From Patescibacteria group bacterium (GTDB lineage: Bacteria; Patescibacteriota; Patescibacteriia; CAIXNZ01): a stretch of DNA of 64,000 nucleotides. Where the stretch lies: assembly GCA_041651155.1 (NCBI GenBank), contig JBAZJU010000002.1, positions 89,852-153,851 on the forward strand, given 5' to 3'. The position numbers were made by a program, and so were the translations under genes. A model generated the notes under the pieces. The model had not been told where the DNA came from. It did not search any database and was given only the letters and a program-made list of their open reading frames with translations. Below, in pieces: positions 38,592-48,029 of the stretch; positions within the stretch are counted from its first letter, which is position 1; every line of letters starts with the position of its first letter.

Positions 38592-39089
38592 ATGATTGAT
38601 CGAAACAGCGTTTACGAGGAACTAATCAATTTGCTTGATAGAAATCAAGTTGAATATAAATTGTTTTCCCATAGAGAAGCTTTAACCTACGAAGAATTAG
38701 CTGAAGTACAAAAAGAGACAGGATTTTTTGGAACAGAGATGAAATGCTTGGTACTAAAGGCAGGCGAAAAACTAATTATTTATGTCACGCTGCAAGGAGA
38801 AAGAGTTAATTTTGATGCAATTAAAGAAAAACTTGGGGTGAATAAAGTTAGATTGTCTACTCCAGAAGAATTAAGCGAGTATTTCGGTGCTAAACCAGGG
38901 TGTGCTTATCCTTTTGGATTTGATGCCCAATACGATATTTATGTAGACCCTAAGATTTACGATCAGGAATGGATGCTGTTTAGTCCAGTCGTTCCAACAA
39001 AAACAGTGCAAGCAAAAGGATCAGATTTAAAGAAAGTATTTAACTCTCTTGGTAATAATGTGCAAGAGATCACAGGCTTTAATCAATAG
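38592..39089 (+). CDS. YbaK/ProX-like aminoacyl-tRNA deacylase domain protein
   Basis: 165 aa; GAKPGCAYPFGF and overall YbaK-like pattern; GGAG RBS. Confidence 0.45.
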   Translation: MIDRNSVYEELINLLDRNQVEYKLFSHREALTYEELAEVQKETGFFGTEMKCLVLKAGEKLIIYVTLQGERVNFDAIKEKLGVNKVRLSTPEELSEYFGAKPGCAYPFGFDAQYDIYVDPKIYDQEWMLFSPVVPTKTVQAKGSDLKKVFNSLGNNVQEITGFNQ

Positions 39090-39132
39090 ATTGAAAAAGC
39101 TTTTTAAGGCGAATAGCCGTTGCTACTAACTG

Positions 39133-39218
39133 GCCGAGGTGGTGAAACTGGTATACACGAAGGACTTAAAATCCTTTGGAGTTAAACCTCCGTGCGGGTT
39201 CGAGTCCCGCCCTCGGCA
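39133..39218 (+). tRNA. tRNA-Leu (anticodon TAA), class II with long variable arm
   Basis: GCCGAGG/CCTCGGC acceptor, anticodon loop CTTAAAA, variable arm GGAGTTAAACCTCC, T-loop GGGTTCGAGTCCC. Confidence 0.8.
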
Positions 39219-39326
39219 CTATTCTTCTAAATTGAAGAAGTGTTCTTTTACTACTTTTATAAACAGATTGACTCTCTTTTTGAGGGTCTTTTTGTTTTTT
39301 TAGCAAAATTAGCTATAATAAACTAT

Positions 39327-40073
39327 ATGACAGCCTTATTCTATGCCATAATTTCCGGACTGATAGTCAGCCTAATCGGCTTGGCGGTTTTTTTTCTTTT
39401 GCTGTGGCAGGAAAATTTTTCCAGAAAAATTATTTTTTATTTAGTCAGCTTTTCAGCCGGCGCTATGATCGGCGGCGCTTTTTTTCATTTGTTGCCAGAG
39501 GCTTTAGCTGAACAGGAAAATTCATTACAAGTTTTTGCTTATCTGCTGGTAGGGTTTTGCTTCTTTTTCATTTTAGAAAAATTTTTGCGCTGGCATCATT
39601 GCCATGATAAAGATTGTCATGATAATAGCCATTTGGGCTATATGAATTTAATCGGTGATGGCATCCACAATTTTATTGATGGCCTGATTATTGTTTCAGC
39701 TTTTATGGTCAATACTGCCTTGGGAATTGTAACTACTATTTCTATCATTTCCCATGAAATCCCGCAAGAAATGGGCGACTTTGGCGTCTTGCTTTATTCT
39801 GGCATGAAAAAATCAAAAATGCTTGGCTATAATTTTTTAGTGGCATTAATTGCAATTTTAGGCGTAATAATAGGCTATTTGTTAATTAATTCTGTTGCAG
39901 GTTTAAACAATCTTTTATTGCCTGCTGCAGCCGGCGGATTCATTTACATTGCAGCCACTGATTTAATACCTGAATTACAGAAAGAAATTAAAGCAAAGAG
40001 TTCATTTTACCATTTTTTTGTTTTTTTACTGGCTTTGATCTTTATGCTCCTAATAAAAATTATCGGCGGTTAA
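39327..40073 (+). CDS. ZIP-family divalent metal transporter (ZupT-like)
   Basis: HEIPQEMGDFGVLL signature and His-rich loop HHCHDKDCHDNSH. ATG at 39327; ORF track begins at 39240. Confidence 0.7.
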   Translation: MTALFYAIISGLIVSLIGLAVFFLLLWQENFSRKIIFYLVSFSAGAMIGGAFFHLLPEALAEQENSLQVFAYLLVGFCFFFILEKFLRWHHCHDKDCHDNSHLGYMNLIGDGIHNFIDGLIIVSAFMVNTALGIVTTISIISHEIPQEMGDFGVLLYSGMKKSKMLGYNFLVALIAILGVIIGYLLINSVAGLNNLLLPAAAGGFIYIAATDLIPELQKEIKAKSSFYHFFVFLLALIFMLLIKIIGG

Positions 40074-40126
40074 TTTGACTTTTTGTGGACTTATTTATAA
40101 CATCAAGACATAAAAAATTTTTAACT

Positions 40127-40759
40127 ATGAAATTTAAGCTTTTTTTCACTTTTGTCTTGATTTTTTTAATCTCAATTTTTTTTAGTTCCAAGGCTTTTGC
40201 CAAAACTAGAATTGAAGAAAAAGCAGATTGCCAGTACGAAATAAAAGTAAAGATGGTCTTTGATTTTAAGACGCCAAAAGCACAGGATTTGGCGGATTCA
40301 TTACTGGCAGAGTGGCAAAATGGCATGAACCAGGTTTGGCACGCTTATAAAAATGAAAAATGCCAGGCAAAATTTATTTTTACTTTAGATAAAATACCAG
40401 GAGGCAAAACCTGCAATGATTTTCCCAGCGCGCATTGTTATCAGGTTGTGGAGACAGATAGAAATCAGCGCGGTAATATCTCTGACTCCACTTTATCAGT
40501 GCCTAACAGTAATCAAAACAGCCAGGGTGAATGGACAATTTATACTACGGGATTAAACGCGGCTCATGAGGCAGGGCACATGATGGGTTTGGGTGATGAA
40601 TATCATTATAAAAAAATAAATAAACAATTGTTTTGGGTTGCCAATTACATATCTAAAAATGGCTGGCAAAGCATTATGGCGCAAACCTGGGACAAAGCGA
40701 CTTCATCACAAGAGCAGGTGTTAAATGTACTAAAGCAAGCTGGCTATACCAAATTTTAA
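40127..40759 (+). CDS. Secreted putative zinc metallopeptidase (HExxH)
   Basis: Signal peptide MKFKLFFTFVLIFLISIFFSSKAFA; HEAGHMMGLGDEYHY zincin-like motif. Confidence 0.4.
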   Translation: MKFKLFFTFVLIFLISIFFSSKAFAKTRIEEKADCQYEIKVKMVFDFKTPKAQDLADSLLAEWQNGMNQVWHAYKNEKCQAKFIFTLDKIPGGKTCNDFPSAHCYQVVETDRNQRGNISDSTLSVPNSNQNSQGEWTIYTTGLNAAHEAGHMMGLGDEYHYKKINKQLFWVANYISKNGWQSIMAQTWDKATSSQEQVLNVLKQAGYTKF

Positions 40760-40848
40760 ATTCATTTAAATATAAGTAATTAACTCGCTAAAAGGCGAGT
40801 TTTTTTGCTAAAATTAGTCAAAATAATAGTTTAATTTGGGTTTTGGCC

Positions 40849-40877
40849 TTGACAAAGTGGTATGTTTGTGCTAATAT
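40849..40877 (+). promoter_or_regulatory. Sigma70-like promoter for 40934..41191
   Basis: TTGACA (40849-40854), 17-nt spacer, TAATAT (40872-40877); the downstream gene has a GGAGGAG RBS. Confidence 0.45.
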
Positions 40878-40933
40878 AATGGATTGTAAAGTGATTTACT
40901 TTCCTTTTAACAACTTGACAAGGAGGAGACAAC

Positions 40934-41191
40934 ATGACTATAGATGATATTGTTGAGAGGTATGATAAAAAAGCTTTGAAAATGGCTATTGGAAAACTCG
41001 AAGAAAGACTTCGAGTTGGCGACTTGGGCAATGAGGAATCAGCCAGGATATGGCTGCAGCTCAGCCATCTTTATGAACAAGCTAAAGATCTGTCCAGTTC
41101 ACGTTTTGCAAAAAAGCAAGTTGCCTGGTTCCGAGAGCAATGTTTGAAAGACAAAAAATTGCCTTTTAACCCAGAATTAGTAGCAGCCTAG
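40934..41191 (+). CDS. Hypothetical small protein (85 aa)
   Basis: Strong RBS caaGGAGGAGacaacATG. Confidence 0.4.
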   Translation: MTIDDIVERYDKKALKMAIGKLEERLRVGDLGNEESARIWLQLSHLYEQAKDLSSSRFAKKQVAWFREQCLKDKKLPFNPELVAA

Positions 41192-41329
41192 CCTAACCAG
41201 GGGTTATTCTACCCCTTTAAATCCCACCAAAATCTCCATTTGGAGCCCTTCACCAAGAAGGGTTCTTTTTTTACATAAAAAAAGCGGTCCGATGTTTTTT
41301 CGGTCCGCTTTTAAATTTAAAATGTTTTT

Positions 41330-41710
41330 TTATTTCGCCTCCTTTGCAGGCGCATTGACTGCCTTTAACCAGCCGCCCAGCATTTGGCCGACAGAATTTA
41401 AAGCTTCTTGGATTTCACTATATTTTGCCTCGCTAAGATTTTTTAAATCCTTGGCCATATTGGCAAAAACTTTCAGCGTGTCTAGCTTTCTCAGAGCCTG
41501 GATTAAAGTGTGTTTCTTTTCCTCCTTGCCTTGCCTGGTGGCAATGACAATGAGTTCCAAAATTTCTAAGATTGTAATTTCAGAACTTTTTCTTAAAGTG
41601 TTTTCTTCATTTTTTGAGATTTCGCCAGCCTCTTTATAGAGGTCATAGGTTTTATCTAAAATGGGGAATTTCTCAGAAAAATTCTCCAAAATGTCTTTGT
41701 ATTTTTGCAT
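41330..41710 (-). CDS. Hypothetical helical protein (126 aa)
   Basis: ATG-initiated ORF, predicted all-alpha; no family recognised. Confidence 0.3.
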   Translation of the reverse strand: MQKYKDILENFSEKFPILDKTYDLYKEAGEISKNEENTLRKSSEITILEILELIVIATRQGKEEKKHTLIQALRKLDTLKVFANMAKDLKNLSEAKYSEIQEALNSVGQMLGGWLKAVNAPAKEAK

Positions 41711-41806
41711 AGGTTTTGTTTTTAATTTTTAGGATTTGGTTTGATTAATTAGTTCGACCTTTAATTATTTAATTATGAACTAAGAGATATGAAATATGAG
41801 ATGTTG

Positions 41807-42154
41807 CTAATAATACTTTTTTTGTAATGTTTTAACACTTTTGACTAGTATTTTGATTATTTCTTCGATTTCATCTAATAATTTAGATGCTCTTTCTTTC
41901 TTTATTAAATCAGCATCAATTGACATTAGTAGCCAACTTTTGGTCTCCTTAGCCTCCTTTCTTGAAATATTTAAGTAATAAGTAAATTCTTTTTTACTTA
42001 AAGAATTTTTTGCGTGAATTATGTTTGAATTTATAGACGTTCCAGATCGGATTAATTGTTTGCCTATAATAAAGGCGGCCGTAGTCTTTGGGAATTGATT
42101 CACTAATTTAATTGTGTTGATCGCAAAATTGTAGGTTCTTATTTCGGTATCCAT
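41807..42154 (-). CDS. Four-helix-bundle protein (PF05635/TIGR02436, Avd-like family), intact
   Basis: ...FIIGKQLIRSGTSINSNIIHAKNSLSKKEFTYYLNISRKEAKETKSWLLMS... matches the family core; flanked by imperfect inverted repeats. Confidence 0.6.
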   Translation of the reverse strand: MDTEIRTYNFAINTIKLVNQFPKTTAAFIIGKQLIRSGTSINSNIIHAKNSLSKKEFTYYLNISRKEAKETKSWLLMSIDADLIKKERASKLLDEIEEIIKILVKSVKTLQKKYY

Positions 42155-42204
42155 ATTGAATTAATTAATAATAAATCTCATATCTCATAGTTCATAATTC
42201 ATAG

Positions 42205-44847
42205 TTAAGTTTTTGGCTTTCGGAATTTATATATGACCGCAGCCAAACTTAGTGCCAAAAACACAGCAGATGCAATTAAGTATTTCAAAACCGAATTTCC
42301 TAATTTATTGGGTGGAATTTGCGTGGAGGCTTCAGGGGCAGGGATTATTTGTTTTTCAATATCTGCTTCAGACCGAGGTAGTATTCTGTATTCTTCATTA
42401 TTTTTACTCAAGATGCCGGTAATTTTCAAATTATCTCCTTCAGCAAAATTAGCTTTGTTGATTTTGGTATTAGTTTTAAAATAAATTTCCGCTTCCCCGC
42501 TTTCATCTTTGATCATAAATTTTGAGCCATTTTTATCTAAAAGCAGTCCGGTAATTTGTACTAAATAACCGACTAGATCATTGTTAATTTCTTGAGAGGT
42601 TATAATTTTTGGTTGTGGCGGATCTTGATTTGAAATAACTTTAATATCTTGGGCAGACGCCAGTTTAATTCGTTTTTCACCCAAGGCTTCACTCAAGGTG
42701 CCGTTTAAATCCACTAAATCCCCGATTTTCAGATCAGGCCAGTTAGCTTTTGACATATAAACCTGAATGCCAGAACCAGCTACATACATCATGGTTTTAC
42801 CAAAAATATTTGGCAGGACTGAAACAACGCCCTGGGTTTTGACTAATGTGCCAACAGCCAAATTTTTAATATCTTTTAAATCAACTGAGACGACTTTTTT
42901 TGCGCTTGATTTTTTAGCAGTACTTTTTACAGCAGTGCTTTTGGCTGTTTGGGCGCTAACTTCACTCCCGCTTGATTCTGTAGTTGCAGTAATTTTAATC
43001 TTTTGGGCTTCTTTAGTTTCCAGCTGTCCATCACTCACTATTAAAGTAATTGAATAGGTGCCTTTTTGTTTGAATTGGTGCTGGGCAATCACAGAAGCAT
43101 AAGATTGGTCTTCTATTTGCCAGGTAAAATTTAATTCATCATCTTCCAGATCAAATGAATCTGAAGCATCACAGGTGATTATTTCATTAATATTGGCTGT
43201 CTTAGGACAATCAAGATTAATTTCCGGCGCATGGTTTAACTTGGTCAAAACATTTTCTTTGCCCGGGGTTGGCGTAATTGTCCAAAACCAGTAGCCATTT
43301 TCATCTTGGATATAAGAAGTATTTTCTGGCACATTCTCATCCTCGCTATATTTTACTGTTTGAATGGTTTTATCATCAGGGGAAATTAATTTTAGAGTTT
43401 CTTTGTCATTGTTTAAAGCCAGGCCGCTGATTTTTCTTTCAATAGCTAAGAATTCATTGGGTTTGAGAATGGTTGTTGTAAAATCATTTATAGAAATTCT
43501 ATATTTTTTCTTACTTGCATCCTGAATTTGCCAACCCTTTAGGTCTGCTTCTTGGTCGCCTGTATTTTTTAATTCAATGAACTCAAATTCCAGGTCAGAA
43601 CCGGGCGGATTAGGAAAAAGTTCATTTATAACAATTTTATCTTTAATTTTTTGCTTGCTTTCTTTGTCTGTTGTTTCAGTCGCTGTTTTACTTTTTTCTT
43701 CCTCTGTTAAAGAAATTATATTTGCTTCACCTTTAGTCGGTGTTTGGGTAACTGCGAAGTCATTTTTATTATTGAAAGTTTCAGCACCGTCAAAAATCCT
43801 GGCTGTGGAATCTGGGTCTTTGGCGACAGGCGCGTTATTCTCGGGGAAGCCATTATCCCAGTTGCCGTAAAAGACAGCATCAATAATATTATTTTTATCA
43901 TCTTTTAAAATTATGGCATCGCCGCTATTATTTAATTTGCCCTTAGGATTCTCAATGACCAGAAATTTATTATCAAAATTTGAGCCGATTGTACCAGTCA
44001 GATTGGTTTGCGCGCCTGAGCCGTCAGTGATTGTATAGCCGGCCAAATCAATATCAAAAATATTTTTATTGTAAAGTTCTAGCCATTCCACTTCTCCATC
44101 AGCCGGATCTGAGACAAACTCATTAATTACTAAGGTTCCGGAGGAAACAATTTTTCTGTTGCTTGAGGTTGAAGCAAGGGGATTGTCTTCCGGTTGAGGA
44201 TCATCGGCCGGCGGTTGATCAGGCGGCGGGTCGTCTGTGGGAGGCTCATCTGCCGGAGGATCGTCATCGGGCGGCGGGTCATCAGCCGGCGGCGGGTCAA
44301 TCGGAGGCTGATTTGGAAATTCATTGGCCTTGCCAGCGGAATTGGCAGCGGCATGAACTTGCCAGTTAGCCGTTGTATAATCATTTAAATTTAAATCAAC
44401 TCTTTGCAAAGAAGTGTCAGGGCAAGGCAAATAAGTAAAAATTTCAATGGTTTCGCCGGCAGAATTTTTTAAGCCAATTTCTTCGCCATCTTCGCGCAAA
44501 CTGGACCAGGAGCTATCAATAATTGTGCCAGTAAAGTCAGAATATTTTTGTTTGAACAAATCAGCTTTGTTGGCGATGATGGCATATTCACCTGGATCAA
44601 TGATTAAATCGTTTTGGAATGCGCTTAAGCGGTGATTAGTCTGGTCTTCGTAAAATTTCCAGTTAGTTAAATCAACCGGTTCTGCGCCTTTATTATAAAT
44701 TTCCACCCATTCATTGTCGCTTGTTTCATATGCGCCGATTTCTGAGATGACAATATCAGAATCAGCAGCGTAAGCATAAATCGGGAAATTAAAAAATCCC
44801 AACAATAATAAAGTTAGGACCGCAAATCTTTGTTTTTTGTTTTTCAT
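42205..44847 (-). CDS. Cell-surface protein with three lamin-tail domains (LTD), PKD-like domain, Pro/Asp-rich linker, OB-like domain and C-terminal TM anchor
   Basis: LTD signatures IVISEIGAYETSDNEWVEIYNKGAEPVDLTNWKF, LVINEFVSDPADGEVEWLELYNKN...DLAGYTI and IVINELFPNPPGSDLEFEFIELKNTGDQEADLKGWQI; PPxDDPPP linker; C-terminal hydrophobic helix then KFRKPKT. Confidence 0.55.
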   Translation of the reverse strand: MKNKKQRFAVLTLLLLGFFNFPIYAYAADSDIVISEIGAYETSDNEWVEIYNKGAEPVDLTNWKFYEDQTNHRLSAFQNDLIIDPGEYAIIANKADLFKQKYSDFTGTIIDSSWSSLREDGEEIGLKNSAGETIEIFTYLPCPDTSLQRVDLNLNDYTTANWQVHAAANSAGKANEFPNQPPIDPPPADDPPPDDDPPADEPPTDDPPPDQPPADDPQPEDNPLASTSSNRKIVSSGTLVINEFVSDPADGEVEWLELYNKNIFDIDLAGYTITDGSGAQTNLTGTIGSNFDNKFLVIENPKGKLNNSGDAIILKDDKNNIIDAVFYGNWDNGFPENNAPVAKDPDSTARIFDGAETFNNKNDFAVTQTPTKGEANIISLTEEEKSKTATETTDKESKQKIKDKIVINELFPNPPGSDLEFEFIELKNTGDQEADLKGWQIQDASKKKYRISINDFTTTILKPNEFLAIERKISGLALNNDKETLKLISPDDKTIQTVKYSEDENVPENTSYIQDENGYWFWTITPTPGKENVLTKLNHAPEINLDCPKTANINEIITCDASDSFDLEDDELNFTWQIEDQSYASVIAQHQFKQKGTYSITLIVSDGQLETKEAQKIKITATTESSGSEVSAQTAKSTAVKSTAKKSSAKKVVSVDLKDIKNLAVGTLVKTQGVVSVLPNIFGKTMMYVAGSGIQVYMSKANWPDLKIGDLVDLNGTLSEALGEKRIKLASAQDIKVISNQDPPQPKIITSQEINNDLVGYLVQITGLLLDKNGSKFMIKDESGEAEIYFKTNTKINKANFAEGDNLKITGILSKNNEEYRILPRSEADIEKQIIPAPEASTQIPPNKLGNSVLKYLIASAVFLALSLAAVIYKFRKPKT

Positions 44848-45158
44848 AGATTTTATTTTTATTTTATTTATACTTTTAGCATAGCAAACAAAATTTTAGG
44901 GTCAATATTAATTTGGGCTGAGATTTTGTTAGAAATGATTAGATGATTTATACACACAGGAAAACAAAAACCTCCCTTGTTCTTTAGAGCAAGGCGAAGA
45001 ATCATCTATTCATCATTATATGCGGAATGATAAAAGAGGCGGATTTTTGTTAAAAATTTTTAACAGCTAATTTTTATTTTTGGGGATAAATTTTAATTTG
45101 CAATTTTAGAAATTTTGCATTAAGATATAATTCTGGACTTTAACAAAGGAGGAGTAGA

Positions 45159-45722
45159 ATGCTTTACAAGCAAAACTTGCAGGAATTTTTTGAGACAGAG
45201 CTATTTGATGTTTTTGCCAAAAGACAGAATCTTTTGCCAAAAAATGAATCAATTTTTCAGCTTAATTTGCCCTATGTTGTCGGTATTTTGGTTAGGTTTT
45301 TCAAAACAGAAGAATTTACCAGGGATTTTACGGCTACCCCACTCTATGATTTGAGATTGAATGGAAACGCGGGCATTCCTAAAATTCAAGGCCTAGCAGA
45401 CTTTTGTCTGTTTAGGACGGGTATCTTCCCTTTAGATTTTAATACCAAAAGGGTGCCGCCTCGTAGAAATTTTGTAATGGCTGGCAAAAGCGCCTATTTT
45501 GATTTAAGCCTGAGGCTGAAAGAAAGATCTCTTCTCTTCCATTCCTTAGCGCTAAATTTTGTAATCTTGGCCAACATGATCAGTGAGGTCAGATTGAAAA
45601 ATCTGCCTGAACAAGAAATCCTTAAACTTTTTGAATTTTGGCAGGAGAGCGGGAATCCTTTGGCTGGAGAGCTGTTGACTAAGATGGGAGTATCGCTCAC
45701 TAGCTTAAAAACCTCACAATAA
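45159..45722 (+). CDS. Hypothetical protein (187 aa)
   Basis: AAGGAGGAG RBS before ATG. Confidence 0.35.
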   Translation: MLYKQNLQEFFETELFDVFAKRQNLLPKNESIFQLNLPYVVGILVRFFKTEEFTRDFTATPLYDLRLNGNAGIPKIQGLADFCLFRTGIFPLDFNTKRVPPRRNFVMAGKSAYFDLSLRLKERSLLFHSLALNFVILANMISEVRLKNLPEQEILKLFEFWQESGNPLAGELLTKMGVSLTSLKTSQ

Positions 45723-45727
45723 AAAAT

Positions 45728-45763
45728 CCCCCTGTACCAGATGGTACAGGGGGCGTTTTTTTT
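45728..45763. terminator. Bidirectional intrinsic terminator between convergent genes
   Basis: ccccctgtacc agat ggtacaggggg with A6 upstream and T8 downstream. Confidence 0.6.
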
Positions 45764-45770
45764 AGTTTTT

Positions 45771-46052
45771 TTACAAAACAGCTTCTTTGGCAGCTTTGGC
45801 CACACGGAACTTGACCACTGTTTTCGCCGGAATCTTGATAGAAGCGCCAGTTGCTGGATTTCGGCCCATTCTTTCTTTGCGGTGTACTTTAACAAACTTG
45901 CCTAAGCCTGGGATTGCAAAGACCCCATTTTTCTTAACTTCCTTGTAAGCCAATTCAATCATTGCCATCATCACAGCTTCCACTTCTTTTTTCTTCATGT
46001 TGGTGCTTTCAGCTAAAGCTGCAAGCGCCTGAGATTTGGTCATTTTTGCCAT
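45771..46052 (-). CDS. hup: HU-family nucleoid DNA-binding protein
   Basis: ...GVFAIPGLGKFVKVHRKERMGRNPATGASIKIPAKTVVKFRVAKAAKE is the HU/IHF fold signature. Confidence 0.85.
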   Translation of the reverse strand: MAKMTKSQALAALAESTNMKKKEVEAVMMAMIELAYKEVKKNGVFAIPGLGKFVKVHRKERMGRNPATGASIKIPAKTVVKFRVAKAAKEAVL

Positions 46053-46278
46053 AATCTTTTATAATTATTTAATTATTAGTCCACTTACATTATATAACAT
46101 AAGAGTAAAAATGTGAAGAAAATAAAGGGTTTTTCCACAATCAGGGTTTTTTAGTTAATTCGGGCATGTTTTGCTTTTTGTTGACACAATTTAAAAATTT
46201 TGCTAATTTGAGGTATAATAAAAGTGTCAGATTTAGCTACTATTACTTAAATAATCTAATTAATTAAGTAATTGCTTT

Positions 46279-46539
46279 ATGGAAAAAGACCAGAAATTTT
46301 TAGAAACTTTGTTAGACATGCTTGTTTCCAAGCCCAAGAAAGTAAAGGTTGCGCGCATGGTAAATGAAAGAGGAGTTTTGCTGACAATTGATGTTGATCC
46401 CGAGGATTTAGGCACTTTGATTGGCAAGCAGGGCAGAAATATTGATGCGATCCGAGGCTTGGTCAGAATAATCGGCATGAAAGAAAAGGCTTTTGTTAGC
46501 GTCAAATTAAATCAGCCTGATCGGGAAGAAGCTAAATAA
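46279..46539 (+). CDS. khpA: KH-domain RNA-binding protein (KhpA/YlqC-like)
   Basis: ...LLTIDVDPEDLGTLIGKQGRNIDAIRGLVRIIG with GxxG KH loop; 86 aa. Confidence 0.65.
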   Translation: MEKDQKFLETLLDMLVSKPKKVKVARMVNERGVLLTIDVDPEDLGTLIGKQGRNIDAIRGLVRIIGMKEKAFVSVKLNQPDREEAK

Positions 46540-46663
46540 TTTTTAAAAAATAAAATTTTATATAAATAACCCAGTCTCATGGACTTGGGTTATTTTTGTC
46601 CGGGCTTTGACCCGGATTAAATTAAAACTTAAATTTAAGGATAAATACCAGTCGAGACGAATT

Positions 46664-48025
46664 TTAAAGTTCCACGATTTGTCCATATTTAGGCGCTTCA
46701 GCATTAATGCCTAATTTACCAGCAAGCAGGTTTTTTAAAACTTCAGCTGGCTCTTTTTCACCCTGAACCGTAAAGACTTTTTTAAGCGGACTTTTTATAT
46801 TTTGAATAAAATTTAAAATTCCTTTTTTGTCAGCATGGGCAGAATACCCGCCGATTGCCCGGCCTTCAGCCATATTTTTTATATCCACGCCCATTATGCG
46901 TACAAGAGGCAGGCCTTCTAGTATTTTTCTGCCCAAGGTGCCTTCAACCTGAAAACCAATAACTAGAAAGATATTGTTTGGATTGGGCAGATAATCTTTT
47001 TCATGGAACAAAATTCGACCGCCAGTTGACATGCCGCCGCCGGCAATAATTACTTTGGGCGCGTTTACTTTTATTATTCTTTTAGATTCTTGAGATGAAG
47101 CAGTGAATTTTAAACCAGGGAAATTAAAAATATCATCACCCGAAGCAATTATATAGCGAGTTTTTTGATTAAAATATGATTGGTGTTTTTTATAAACCTC
47201 AGTAATTTTTATGGCCAAAGGGCTGTCAATGAAAATCGGCACCTGAGGAATAATTTTATTTTCCACAAAAGCATTTAATTCGTATAAAAGTTCCTGGGTG
47301 CGTTCAAGCGCAAAAGAAGGAATCATTAAAACCGCTTTTCTTTTGATGGTATCTAAAAAAGTTTGCAAAAGCAGGGCTTTGCTTTCTTTTTTAGATTCAT
47401 GATTCCTGTCACCATATGCTGAATCAACGAGCAGGTAGTCAGTGTCAGTAATTTGGTAAGTGGGATTTAAAAGCGGAGTAGGCGGGTTGCCCAAATCACC
47501 GGTAAAAACAATTTTAACTTTTTTAGTGTCTTCAGTTAATTGCAGTTCAATCATGCTGGAGCCGAGAATGTGGCCGGCATCTCTTAGAGTAAATTCCAAG
47601 TTATCGTTTAATTTGTTCGGCTGGTCATATTCATGAATTTTAATTTGATTCAACATGTTTTGTAAATCTTGCTGGCCATATAATGGCTCAAGCCCATTGT
47701 TTTTAAATTCCTCTGACATTAAATGAACCGCATCTTCCAAGGCTACGGCCATGAGGTCTTTGGTGGGAGGAGTGCAAAAGATTTGCCCTTTAAAACCGTT
47801 TTTGACCAGCTGGCCCAGCCGGCCGCAATGGTCTAAATGCGAATGAGTGACAAAAACATAATCAATTGTTTTTGGATCATAAGGAAAGGGCTGGTGGTTT
47901 AATTCATTGACCTCAGACGGACCCTGAAACAAGCCACAGTCAACCAGGAGCCTGGTTTTGCCAACTTCTATTAAGTAATTTGAGCCTGTGACAACCCCGG
48001 CACCCCCGTAGAAATGTAATTTCAT
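46664..48025 (-). CDS. Beta-CASP MBL-fold ribonuclease (RNase J-like)
   Basis: HSHLDHCG (HxHxDH) metallo-beta-lactamase motif plus beta-CASP region; 453 aa, shorter than canonical RNase J, so exact family is uncertain. Confidence 0.6.
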   Translation of the reverse strand: MKLHFYGGAGVVTGSNYLIEVGKTRLLVDCGLFQGPSEVNELNHQPFPYDPKTIDYVFVTHSHLDHCGRLGQLVKNGFKGQIFCTPPTKDLMAVALEDAVHLMSEEFKNNGLEPLYGQQDLQNMLNQIKIHEYDQPNKLNDNLEFTLRDAGHILGSSMIELQLTEDTKKVKIVFTGDLGNPPTPLLNPTYQITDTDYLLVDSAYGDRNHESKKESKALLLQTFLDTIKRKAVLMIPSFALERTQELLYELNAFVENKIIPQVPIFIDSPLAIKITEVYKKHQSYFNQKTRYIIASGDDIFNFPGLKFTASSQESKRIIKVNAPKVIIAGGGMSTGGRILFHEKDYLPNPNNIFLVIGFQVEGTLGRKILEGLPLVRIMGVDIKNMAEGRAIGGYSAHADKKGILNFIQNIKSPLKKVFTVQGEKEPAEVLKNLLAGKLGINAEAPKYGQIVEL

Positions 48026-48029
48026 TGGT

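Noticed and set aside
22454-42154. Diversity-generating retroelement (the four-helix-bundle proteins are the Avd family; repeats inside the SpoIID gene and the LTD protein lie nearby)
   Set aside because: No reverse-transcriptase ORF anywhere in the window. The internal repeats in 30707..31465 differ by all substitution types rather than adenine-specific changes. No TR/VR pair was found at a C-terminal CLec-like domain.
46190-46225. Promoter for khpA (TTGACA ... TATAAT)
   Set aside because: TTGACA and TATAAT are both present but 27 nt apart; too far for a canonical sigma70 promoter, so not annotated.
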